A DNA stretch of 64,000 bases from Lingula anatina (lineage: Eukaryota > Animalia > Brachiopoda). The stretch's first letter is position 1, and each line of letters starts with the position of its first letter. Below are positions 37,004 to 48,736 of the stretch, in pieces. Both the position numbers and the translations under genes were made by a program. The stretch is taken from positions 14,964,534-15,028,533 of the forward strand of contig CM120644.1 in assembly GCA_051362555.1 (NCBI GenBank), in the 5' to 3' direction. The notes beneath the pieces are model-generated. The model was not told where the DNA came from, made no database searches, and was given only the letters and a program-made list of their open reading frames with translations.

Positions 37004-38299
37004 TCAAACACATGTATTTTTATTAATCTTGGTGCAGTTTTTTCCCGGGCCAACTATGTCTTTTGCGTGGTAACAGCCTCTGATGTCTCCATTTCCATAC
37101 TGCCACTCAAGAAGCTCGCGTTTGGTGTAAACTTTTGACGTTTTTGGCTCTTCGTGCAGCTTTTCACATAAACCGCACCAATTCATGTAGCGAGTTTCCA
37201 ATGGCCTGGTTGATGTGTGGGTGTTTTTCCACTCTAAATACGGAAGATACAGGGAATCGTTCTTATCTAATAAAAGAAGATAATCCGCCAGCTCTTTAGG
37301 TGACGAGAATTTTGAGGTGTCAATATGCATTTCTGGTCTTATGCCAAACCGTGAGTAATTGGCACCGCTTCTCGTTACTAGTACAACATCCAAGTGCCAT
37401 GGTCTGAAAAATTTCTCGGTCAGGTAGTCCACTGCAAAACTGTTTTCAAAGGCCAGATAGAATTTGTAGGTAGCGTTCACGTAACTCCAGCAAGATGGAC
37501 ACGGTCTTCCACAATCGCCTAGAATATCGACATCAATATACTTCATCAGCTCTGCAACGTACTCCTCTCTCCTACTCCAAGTGACGCAATCACTCACAAC
37601 CCATGCGGCAAGCTTAGTTTTCGATTTAACACTAGCAGAGTAGTTTCGTTTCAAAGGAATATCGCGTCTTACAATCATCCCATAAGGCGACCATATATCT
37701 GAATCCATTCTGAAAGTAAACGTCCAGTTAAACGAATTAAGAAGCATCTCTTTATTCGAATGGCTGAATATATTTGTTTGACAAGGTGGCTCTCTGGAGA
37801 AAAATACCCAAACCTGGTGGCTAGGTTTCACATTTGGAATTTCACATTTCGGCTCCACTCCCTGACATTCACTGCGAAGCGCTTGATCGGCAATGTTAAA
37901 TATAATAGCATCAGCGTTTTTTGACTGGCTTCGATCCGTAGTCAAAGAGCAAGCATTTACATGACACCACCGAAAAGGATTTCCCTTAGCTGGATCGTAG
38001 AAATAATATTTGTTGTTCCAAAACAGAATGGACTTTTCCTTAACTGGAAAGGCTTCGTTATGAGTAAGAGAACCGGTCTGCTTTCTTTGCCCACTGATGG
38101 ACAAATTATCTTTCCTTTGCACGGACGTACCATAGTATCCAATGAGGAATCTGACAACGGCCCAGCAAAATATAAAGAGAGAGATGTTGAAAAACATACT
38201 CTTCACTCTCCTATGGCTTGCCATTTTAATCCGACGGATTCCTTTTGCCAGCATTCTAATCTCATTTGAAATGAAAATGAGTTGTTTTATTTGTAGCAT
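37004..38299 (-). CDS. Alpha-1,3-fucosyltransferase (GT10), single coding exon; true start may be the Met at 38224
   Basis: Type II N-terminal TM segment; motifs ADAIIF, WVFFSREPP, FNWTFTFRMDSDI, YKFYLAFENSFAVDYLTEKF, and WC..C. Confidence 0.95.
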   Translation of the reverse strand: MLQIKQLIFISNEIRMLAKGIRRIKMASHRRVKSMFFNISLFIFCWAVVRFLIGYYGTSVQRKDNLSISGQRKQTGSLTHNEAFPVKEKSILFWNNKYYFYDPAKGNPFRWCHVNACSLTTDRSQSKNADAIIFNIADQALRSECQGVEPKCEIPNVKPSHQVWVFFSREPPCQTNIFSHSNKEMLLNSFNWTFTFRMDSDIWSPYGMIVRRDIPLKRNYSASVKSKTKLAAWVVSDCVTWSRREEYVAELMKYIDVDILGDCGRPCPSCWSYVNATYKFYLAFENSFAVDYLTEKFFRPWHLDVVLVTRSGANYSRFGIRPEMHIDTSKFSSPKELADYLLLLDKNDSLYLPYLEWKNTHTSTRPLETRYMNWCGLCEKLHEEPKTSKVYTKRELLEWQYGNGDIRGCYHAKDIVGPGKNCTKINKNTCV

Positions 38300-39522
38300 T
38301 TTACATTATCATATATCATAAAACACCTGTGTAGTTCGCATGCAAGGTGGTTAAAACATTCCTTTAACAGCCGTTTTTATGTACAGACACAGATGTGTCT
38401 GTACATATAGCCGTCACCTGCTGCTAAAATACAGATCAAGTTTGAAAATAAGCTTTATCGGTTTAGTTTTGATGAAGTTACACCTTTTTTGTATATAGGT
38501 GCTTTTTCCTCAGATTTAATTCTTAGCTATGTTAACAGTCTCATTATTGAACTAACTGAACATGTAAAAGTGTTCTTTTGATATTTTCTGCATCTCAACA
38601 ATATTGTTAGTTGATTTTTTAAAAAGGATGGCAATCCTGTTCTTGTGTATTTTGTAATAAAATACAGGTTTTTGCAAAAAAATTAATTTTTCACATATTG
38701 GCATTTTCAAGGTGTGACTTTGAACCTCCATGGGCTTGAAGACTTTTGCTAGTCAAGTTTTCTGAATATCCATGATACTTTTATTTTAATGTTAAATATT
38801 GATGGTCATTTTGTTGTTTAGCCCCCAATGGGACCCTCTGCACTAAATTGCGCCATAACTGGGTTTTATTGCGTTTTAAACTTTTTCCTCGTTAACGTTA
38901 TCGCAATGGGTATATTTTAACAGCGCCCTTATCTATACTCCCCTAGCAAAAGGTGTCACCTCTATCGCAATATGTGTATTGCTACAAGGATAGATATATA
39001 AGTTATATTTTATGGGTGCATGTGCTGCACTCAACGTAAAACAAAATGTGTAACCAGCCAATTGCACGGTCAATTTTTGTGTAGATTAAGAATTACATAT
39101 TGATACCTTACATTACTTAATTATTGCATAGTGAAGTGTTATTTTGTCTTTGATATGCATTGTTCCCAAAAACATGTGGCGTATTAGCTACAATAAACTC
39201 AAGTGTCCATCTAATTTGTTAAAAGAAGTCTGTGAGGGCTTCGTACATGTGCCAAGATGATCTGATTTTTTGTTTGTTTGGACAATTGACGTGTTTATAT
39301 TGTCTGGTCTCATTTGTCATACTGCTAATGGAGGGTAAAGTGCATAAGAGAGTACCGGTACCTCCAAAGCTACCGGGGTATGTAAAGGAGGTGCATGTCT
39401 GTTGTGCACCCCCACCCCCAGCCACGCACCTACTTGACTCACTGTTGTAATTAACTTCATTTTAAATATAAGTCCATGATTATATTAATAAAAACGAAAA
39501 TATGCTAAGTATTTTCAGATTG

Positions 39523-39833
39523 ATAAATGAAAATTATCAAACACAAGCCGAAAACTTTCGTACCGTTAGCTTGCGGCCAATTTGGACGTAGGACTTCACC
39601 AGACTGATGTGAGCAGCAATGAATAGGGACGGTGCGCGTGTGTGTTTGGGGGGGGGGGCGATCTACTTGACATTTATAAGAAGGTCCTGGCCGCTATACC
39701 ACCTGTAGGTCAGTGAGTGTCAAAATCTGCTCACATCAGTCTGATGAAGGCCTACGTCCAGGTTGGTCGTAAGCTAACGGTACGAACGTTTTTTTTTTTT
39801 TTTACTTAATTGGGTTCAATAATTTTCATTTAT
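39523..39833. mobile_element. Palindromic MITE; shorter relative at about 41780-41923
   Basis: Inverted arms of about 95 bp (CGTACCGTTAGCTT..CAGACTGATGTGAGCAG / CTGCTCACATCAGTCTG..AAGCTAACGGTACG). Confidence 0.75.
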
Positions 39834-40522
39834 GATCCAACTACCAAGCTAATGAACATTTTGGCTCATTTCCACAGTGGTCTGCTTTTTTCAAACACCG
39901 TCTGACTTTGACATTGACTCTTGGTTCTTGCATTAGGAAGCAAGAGCACTCAAAGCTAACTATGAAATACCTTCCAACAGAAACGTTAGAATCATGTTTG
40001 GACTTTGAACAACTTTGTACAACGTTAAGAACATAAAAAAAAAAAAAAAAAACAGGTGCAGCGTGCTCTAAATGCGGCACTCTCTACCAGAGCAACCAAT
40101 TAAGAAATATTATTTAATCAATTTCCATCATAAAATGCATTAAACTAAAATATCAAGGCACTGAATTATTGTATATTATCTTATCATAAAATGTAAGTGT
40201 GATTACATGGCTTATTAGATGTTCGTTTTAAGCGGTTTTCACACCAAGAATCCAGATAAACAGTGATAATGGGTGCATTGTTACATATACACCTCATAAT
40301 ACCAGTTACAAAGGCCATTTGGCAAAATAGTACATCCCTTCAAACTCACTCGAACTCCAGTTTGGCAAACATTTTTACATTTGGAAAGCCTTTGGACGTA
40401 TTGATTAATTTCCGTGCTTATTGCCTATAATGCCAATCGCGATTGCCCAATATTATGTATAAAACTCCGGACAACCGCACAGGCATCGTTCTTCAATTTG
40501 CAAACATTGAAGAAGCGTCGCC

Positions 40523-43500
40523 ATGAGAGTTAAGATATTGGTTTTCCTGGTCTTTGGTCTTGGAGCCAACTATGTGTATGGACGTAGGTATTTTGTTCTC
40601 GAAAATAAGCGACTAAAGCGTAAATTATAATGCATTAGAACAAAATTTGGTTTTGATGACTTTAAAGAATTTGATCATTATCAGCTTAAAATGAGACCAA
40701 CAGGTACGTACCTGTATTACTGTACATAATCATCCCATGATCCCACTCGATTTCTACATTTCTACGTGACACGGCGCACGGAAATCCGCTGCAGTTCTTG
40801 TTTAGACTGTTTTGCGCCTTTCGCTTTTTTTTAAAGCGTCGCTTAGCTATCAACGTGTTGCACACCTTGCAAAACCGACGAGCCATCAGAAATCTATGCC
40901 AAGAGTCAAAACACGCTCCTTTCATAAATCAGCCCCAGTGTAAAAAAAAAGGTGCTAGGAAAGAACTGACTATAAAACACAGTATTCCTGAAACTAATAT
41001 TGCAAAGTTTCAAGATACCTGTATACAGCCCATTAAATATGCCATTTTGCAGAGAATTGCCCGATGGAGCGACGCCCAGGAAGATATTACGTCTTAGGGC
41101 CAGATACCAGGACAATTTACAGTATGACGGAAGAGCAATGTCGTACAACATGCCAAAATGACGCCAAATGTCCTGCCGCTACCTACCACACAACTAAGCG
41201 CGTGTGTTGGTTGCATGCTAATGTGCGTACGTTGGCCCACGGAGCCAACTGGGTTGCCTTTATGAAACCGGAAAGATGTCAAGGTGAGATTTTTCAACCT
41301 CCACCTCTCTAAAAGCCCATCATTCTTATTTTCATTAAATCTAACTTTTCAAAAGTTTAACTATCACATTTTTAATATTGTGAAAGACCGCATTATATTT
41401 CAGTTTTTGCTAACACAAATGCATATACGGTATGTGCACTAAACTTCAGTCCATCAAACATCATATATTTTATTACAAACGCGTGGCATGGTCTTGTCTG
41501 GTAATTAAAACAAACCATCCAAATAAAATAAATATCATGTATACATAATGATTGTTAATACCAATATCAGAGTCAAAAATACTTTAACACCCTCCTCTTC
41601 GATTTTAAATAGATTTGTAAACTTTTAAGTTAAAACACTTTTGTTGAACATCAATTGTATCACACAGAGGGTACAAATGTATCATTATCATTGAAAAAGA
41701 GATGGTTTCCATTACATAGTCCGTAATTTGAACACATTTTATGATGAGGAAAATGTTCATTAGGTTGATAGTTGGATCATATATGATAATTATCAAACAC
41801 AAACTAAAACGCTTTCATACCGTTAGCTTATGGCCAACGTGGATCAAGCGGTCAGTGAGTAAAAACATCTACTCACATCAGTACGGTATGAAATTGTTTT
41901 GGCTTGTGTCTGATAATTATCATATACGTTTTATGATCTTTTATGTAACCTTTGATCATGGAGGGAATTCAGAGCAAGTTGATCTGCGGACTTATAGATC
42001 CGCAGATCAAATATGGGCGACCCACATAAAAGCATAGCCGACAAATCCTCTGATGGTGCCCCCGCCTCCACACACACTGTTCCTGCGGGGTTCTAGCAAT
42101 TGAACTTCGGAGCCTTGTTTGAATCCGTTTAAAGGCGCGTGTGGATGCAAGGAGACCATTAAGGGATAAGTCGGCTTTACTATTATGTTGGTCATCCATA
42201 TTTGAACCGCGGATCTGCAGATCAACTTGTTCTGAACGCGCTCAATGACAGCCCGTTCTACTTTACAGAGAGATGTCAGATGGAGCGAACCCCAGGGAGA
42301 TATTACGTCCTAGGGCCAGATACCCGGACAATTTACAGTATGACGGAAGAGCAATGTCTTACAACATGCCAAAATGACGCCAAATGTCCCGCCGCTACCT
42401 ACCACACAACTAAGCGCGTGTGTTGGTTGCATGCTAATGTGCGTACGTTGGCCCATGGAGCCAACTGGGTTGCCTTTACGAAGCCGGAGGGTTGTCGAGG
42501 TAAGATTGTGTCTGTTTTTGAAAAGAGAAATGAGGAGCCTCTCAAACCGTCTTTTTGCGAATTGCACAGACAGCTGTGTATTTGTTTCATATCGAAACAT
42601 TCTTTTAACGGATAAAGGTTGATATCAAAATAAATTGAATGATAGGCCTATTAATATAATCGTATTAAATTTTAGCCGAATTACTTAAGATGCTTTACTT
42701 TAAGACTAAGAAACAAAAATCAGACACAACTGTTCGGTCCACCATGAAGAGACCTTGTCCATTCACTCGACCATAGATGGTGACCAAGGTCCATAGATGG
42801 TGACCAAGGTCCAAAAACGTCAAGTTTGACCTATGGTTCTTAGTCTCTAAGTAAAGAAAAACTTTTTTACCATCCTATCTAGAAACCATGAAAAACACAA
42901 TTTTACTACTATACATACATTCCAATATATCTTTATCTACAGTCCAAAGAGGAGAAGTCAGCTACGGCAGATCGGTAGTCAATAGCCAGGCACTAAAAAT
43001 CACCCTGCAGGACATAGCAAACTTCTTAGGGGCAACTGTTGTCGTACACAGCGGAGTGCGTCAGGGTGCGGATTACTATGTAAGGGTGCTTACTCAGAGA
43101 TTTAGATCGATCTAAAGGTTAAGTTTTAGATCGACCTAACTCCCTGGGGTTTCACGCTAAATTACAGTCAGCCGAGCGGGCACCATAGTTAATTACCCCC
43201 TTACAGCTTTTAGTAGGCGGGACAGACGCTTAAGCCAGCCAAGCTGACAGTAATCTAGTGAGACTCCCCACAGGGATAGATCGATCTAAAAATCTATGGA
43301 AATGGGGTGTAAGGCTTCATTCACATGCAATGTCTATTTTCTAAATTCTATTTTCTATTCGCGGTATGTCTTTTGATCACGGTCTGTGCCCTGAATATCC
43401 CGCGGCGTAATTACTGGCAGCGCGAGCCAGTTACTATAAGTTACTATAAGTAACTGGCTCGCGCTGCCAGTAATTACGCGGCGGGATATTCAGGCTGCCA

Positions 43501-43667
43501 GTAATTACGCGGCGGGATATTCAGGGCACAGACCGTGATCATAAGATAGCGCGAATAGAAAATAGATTTTTAGAAAATAGACATTCCATGTGAACGAAGC
43601 CTAAGTGTAATATCGTGCCCTTCGCTCAACGTGTGAGGTTTCTTCGTCAGCCTAAAAGATAATAAAT

Positions 43668-43698
<31 letters not shown>

Positions 43699-43885
43699 AC
43701 GCATGATCAGGAGAACTGTAACGGTAATATGTGGACATACATTCGCTTTGTTTTCGTTTTTGAGGGATTATTTATTTATTTATTAGACTGTATTACGTTT
43801 CTTAATATAAGGGGTCTATTCCCAGCTTGCCTCAGAAATGTTTTTTCGGATGCCATATTCTGTAAATACGCATATTATTATAACA

Positions 43886-43939
<54 letters not shown>

Positions 43940-44255
43940 CAGGGCAGTGGCGTGAATTATTGTTTTCTCTCCTTTTGTTCATTTTCAGCACTCCGTTGGT
44001 CAAGCTGCGGACATAACCGTAAGTGGCATCGATACCAAAACAGTGTGGGACCGTCTCAAAAGTGGAGGTATCATGGACAATGAATACTTTGTCATGTACC
44101 ACGCGCCAGGTCAGAGGTCATGCTCTTCCGGGACCCATTTGCATATTGCCCGCTGGGAAATGGAAAACATGAGCGGCAGAACCACTTGCTGGGTAATTGA
44201 GGGGACGACGCCGGAAAATACGTGCACGTCGATGAGCACCTCCATTTGCCATTAA
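40523..44255 (+). CDS. Secreted 2x PAN/Apple + M15-like zinc peptidase, diverged copy D (about 308 aa)
   Basis: Exons 40523-40583 (MRVKILVFLVFGLGANYVYG), 41053-41283 and 42269-42499 (two near-identical PAN exons), 42943-43079 (..VVVHSGVRQGADYY) and 43989-44255 (HSVGQAADI..THLHI). Intron positions and phases match copies A-C; TATAAAA at 40458. Confidence 0.88.
41968..42236. mobile_element. MITE
   Basis: TIR TTCAGAGCAAGTTGATCTGCGGA / TCTGCAGATCAACTTGTTCTGAA. Confidence 0.7.
42693..42856. mobile_element. Short inverted-repeat element
   Basis: CTTTACTTTAAGACTAAGAA ... TTCTTAGTCTCTAAGTAAAG with an internal 20-bp tandem duplication (CCATAGATGGTGACCAAGGT). Confidence 0.55.
43313..43601. mobile_element. 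Fully palindromic MITE with TAA TSD (PIF/Harbinger type)
   Basis: TAA-GGCTTCATTCACATG ... CATGTGAACGAAGCC-TAA; almost the entire 289 bp folds as one hairpin. Confidence 0.85.
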
Positions 44256-45125
44256 ATGCGTGCATGGCACACGGTATACTTTAGCGAAACAGTCTGTATC
44301 GGTACACTTTGAGACCTGTCAAAATTTGTGATTATGCTTCGGTTTTTTTTCCTCACCTCCCCCCCCCCCCCCCCCCCCCAAGTTCGATTCCTGCATTTTG
44401 ATCAATTAATTGTTTGTGTCGGGCCGTTGAAATGGCTTTTGTATGCAATATCCAGGATGTTTAATTTTCTCTGAACTTTGTAAGTGCTGCGGTACGGACT
44501 GTATCATTAAAGCATTGATTAGCAAGTCATTTCCTGTAACACTTTGCAAGTTTTAACTCAGACCGCATGCAAATAAATATGTTCTAAAAACCTACATTTT
44601 TTGTCTATTTTCATAGCACCACACTTGATCGGTTTCCACTTTAACTGACACGACATTCACGTAGGCCCTACCATTTTGCCGACTTGCACAATTGTTTACA
44701 CGTTTCCATAACAATCGAATGAACTCTAAAAAATCACATTTTGTTCAAGACACCAGCTGACGAAATGCATAGAAGCAAGACATGAATAGATGCGGTTTCT
44801 TATACACTATAAGGGAGCATTCCCATTGGCACTTTCGGTCTTCGCAGATCGATCCAACCCCACGGGACTCTCGCTAAATGCAATTAGTTTCATGAGCCCT
44901 AAGACATGCAAGTGTTTTTTCATTGATTTGCAATAAAAAACAGGGGTTGTAGGATCACTGGTATTTATATAGGCCACCCACCCCCCATGCGTATTAAGAG
45001 GTACAGTGCAAGACCCACTGAGGACCTTCAACTATCTTAGTCGACCATAAATTTCGGATAACCTTTGTCACAGAAAAGATTTTTTTCAAATATGCTTATT
45101 TATTTCCTATGTTTATAAAGCTTTT

Positions 45126-45164
<39 letters not shown>

Positions 45165-45341
45165 TTTTCAAATCTATTTATAACTGTAAGACTAATTATA
45201 TACACATGGAATCTATTTAAGTATATGTGTTATCTATACATCTGAGAATGTAACACCTGTGGAAATGACATAAATATCGCGCTGCCTATATGAGAACAGA
45301 AGCACAAGGAAAGGACAGTCCGCAGGAGAAGTTTGGCTAAA

Positions 45342-47568
45342 ATGGTGATGATGCACGGGATCCTGTGTTTCCTTGCTTGGTCGAGTAGGTAGACCCTTTA
45401 ATACATACTGACAGATATTTACAACATCAAACATGTTCTATATTTATCTATCTATCTATCTATCTATTTATTCATTTATTTTGTCTGTTTTATTCGCTTC
45501 TAAATTTGTTTGTTTTTGCATTATCAATATATTTTATCCTTATCTTTGAGTGAATTCACCATGTATGAATTAGAATAATACGCTATATTTTGCACCGGAA
45601 CATCAATAGTTCTTGTAGCGCAAGAACCGATCTTGAATTGGAATTAGCAGTGTCACCCAAACTAAAAGTCATGGTATAGGATTTTTAGAGATGATAACAT
45701 AATAACATTAGGGTCGCCCTTATAAAAATACAGTAAAAATATATAACATTCAGAGGTACAAATTTGTCAACCACGCTTAGGTTGCACTCGGCCAATTGTT
45801 GCCGCCAGTGCCGCTGCTACCAGGTGTTTCTGAAAAAGATTAAGATAAGCCAGATGCCTACATGTAAAGGTAGACAGGGGTCATTGGATAAGCCAACCGT
45901 CCTGTGAAAAATCGTGCCCATGCTGGTTTGTGTCCTGAATCTCGATGTCATCGAAGAGCGGCCGCGGTACCTTTATGTCAAGTATATTCGTGCATTCACC
46001 TAGGCTGCCCCTGCTTTCTACCAAAAATCAAGAACAGAAATGAAACCAAACGCAGTATTCGTACCCTAGACGCATACCGGGTGTATACTGAGAGAAAGTC
46101 GCACTTCTATTTGGGCTTTTTATCATTTTTTTTCTAAGAGTTGGGCTAATGAATCAGCAACAGTCAATATGATGAAATCATAATACAAGATTTTACATCT
46201 TATAGGAACCACGCACTTATAAATATAACTGGTCAATGCAAACAAGCAAAGTTTACATGTAGTTCAAATGTATAAGAATTTGAAATAGCAGTATTGTGTT
46301 GGAGCACAAAAATAATTTATCCGGAATCCCCTCGGAGTTAGATCGATCCTGCCAGTACAATAGCTTTATGGGAACCCAGTCTTAGTTATTTAACGTAATA
46401 TTCATATTCCGATCCAGTGCTAACGGCCGAGGCCATATGTCCAGACAAGACGTCAAATCTTCAACTATGGAGACCCGGAAACAACCCAGGCGCTGATGTC
46501 ACAATTCCCAGGGGCAAACTTTACCTGTTGGACAAGTCGACGACAGTGAACAGCATCACTATTCAGGGTGGGTGTAAGTGATGTGGAGTTTAACTATTGA
46601 AATTATCTAGATATAGACAATGCACAGCAGTTGTTCTAGTATTCAGTGTATAACGAATTAAGCGTGTCAGGACGCTTCGCTACAGTTGGTTATATCTTAT
46701 TCCATTTGATATTATTTTAAGTTTCAGCTATTAGACGCCTTTATAAATAAAATACAGTTATCTTCCTAGACAGATCGTTGTCTTTGGTGCGCATCTTCGA
46801 AGAACGTCCAACCATCAACATGCCGATGTAACTGAAGATGTCTTGCAATGTAATATTGTGCTGTTACAATATTAAATCGCGACGGTTAATATAACTTTCT
46901 ACTTATACCTCATGTACGACTGCCTATTGCAGGAAAGCTGGTTTTCAAAGACAGCGTGGCACCGATCGTGGTGAGGACTAAACATATCCGTGTTGAGAAC
47001 GGCGGAGAGTTACACATTGGTAGTTCCGATTGCAGGCAAGATCTGATTTACCTCCAAGTTATAGTCTTTATTGAAGTGTTTATAACCACTTCAACAGGTT
47101 TAGGTCATTATATATTTAAAATTGATAAATACTGCAACACCATTAGCACTATTATGCATATCTGTTTGTATAATTTGAACCTTAGCTCATCCATAAGAGG
47201 ATTCATAACTATCTGTGTATCTATATAGATATTCCGGCACCTGCCACCAAGCCCTACTCCATCGAAACATTGTTTTTTCATTCACCTTATACTTTTTTTT
47301 TTTTTACAAAACGACATTAATTGCTTGTATCTTTGGAGACCTGAAATCGGAATTCAAGTCGTGCAGTATATACATCTTAGCGCATACCAGAATATGCAGT
47401 ATATGTAACTATAAAATTATCCTTATATCATCACCAACTCGACTATCTGAAGGGAAGTTAGTAGCCCACATTACTTATTAAGATGGGCATTTCTGACTGA
47501 GACGCGTGCAAGATCTTGTCGGGGTTCTGGAACTGCGCAGCAATTCCTCTTCAAGTTTACATAGCCGT

Positions 47569-47635
<67 letters not shown>

Positions 47636-47978
47636 TTAATGTATTTTACATAGGTATCAGGGGAAAGTCACCATCGTCCTTATCGGCAAGTCAACCGATG
47701 CCGACGAAGACCCAGACTTTGGCAAGAAGTTTATTGGCGTCACTAAAGGCGGCACCTTGGAAATTCATGGCAAGGCAAAGACCGCCTGGACCTTTTTGGA
47801 AGGACACCTGACCGGTAAAGAAGATCTATGGAGATTTGAAAGTATCAAATGCAGTACAACGGATAGATTTGTTATGGGTCACATTGTCTGTTTACAGTAA
47901 ATCGTTTAGTCTTTACGTGATAGAGTAAGTTAATTACACATTTAATATTTCAATTCGATGAATAAACATCATTATAAC

Positions 47979-48027
<49 letters not shown>

Positions 48028-48689
48028 AGAACATGTTTAAATTGCGTTTTGAAAATGTCAGGTCTGTCTGTGACAACGGACATCCATCTCATAAATTCAT
48101 TTGTCATAAAGACGAAATGTATTTCCCGAAAATACAAAATGATAAAGACGGAAGCATTTAGCATAATTTGTAAAGTGATAGTCTCTTGTGTTTTAGGTTC
48201 ACTGGCGGAAGGGGCTGAAACTGACACCTCGATGAGAAGAGGCTTAAACTTACGTGTGATAGACCGGCAGACTGGCCGTGTGACGGCGAAACAATCATTT
48301 GATACGCACGGCGACAGCACAGCATCGCAGGGACTGATTGACTTTATTAATAAACAGAAAAGTAAGGAACTATTTTACACCTTGTTCTTGGGTAGATTAC
48401 TGCAGATTTGTAGCTGTATTGTAATAACGAGCTCCAGCACAGAGAGAGGGATATAAAAACAAAAAAGTTCATGGTCATATTATCACAAGCACTTCGCTAA
48501 CTTGTGTGTTATGATAATATTCAATGGCTTTTCTGTGGTTTCATTTTTTAAACTTCTGGGCATTGTCTTTTTATATTTTGTTTTCATTTCTTTGGATTCA
48601 GTAACTGATAAAAATAAGCTTGAAACCCTTTTCATACACAGGAATTATAAACGGCAAGACACCCCATCCCAGAATATTTTTGAAATAGA

Positions 48690-48736
<47 letters not shown>

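Noticed and set aside
11403-44255. Bacterial contamination as the source of the M15-like sequences
   Set aside because: The domain is split by GT-AG introns, fused to PAN exons and interleaved with animal genes and transposons.
46573-46934. Selenocysteine reading of the junction TGA
   Set aside because: The homologous residue is Gly rather than Cys, and I could not identify a SECIS in the 3' UTR by eye.
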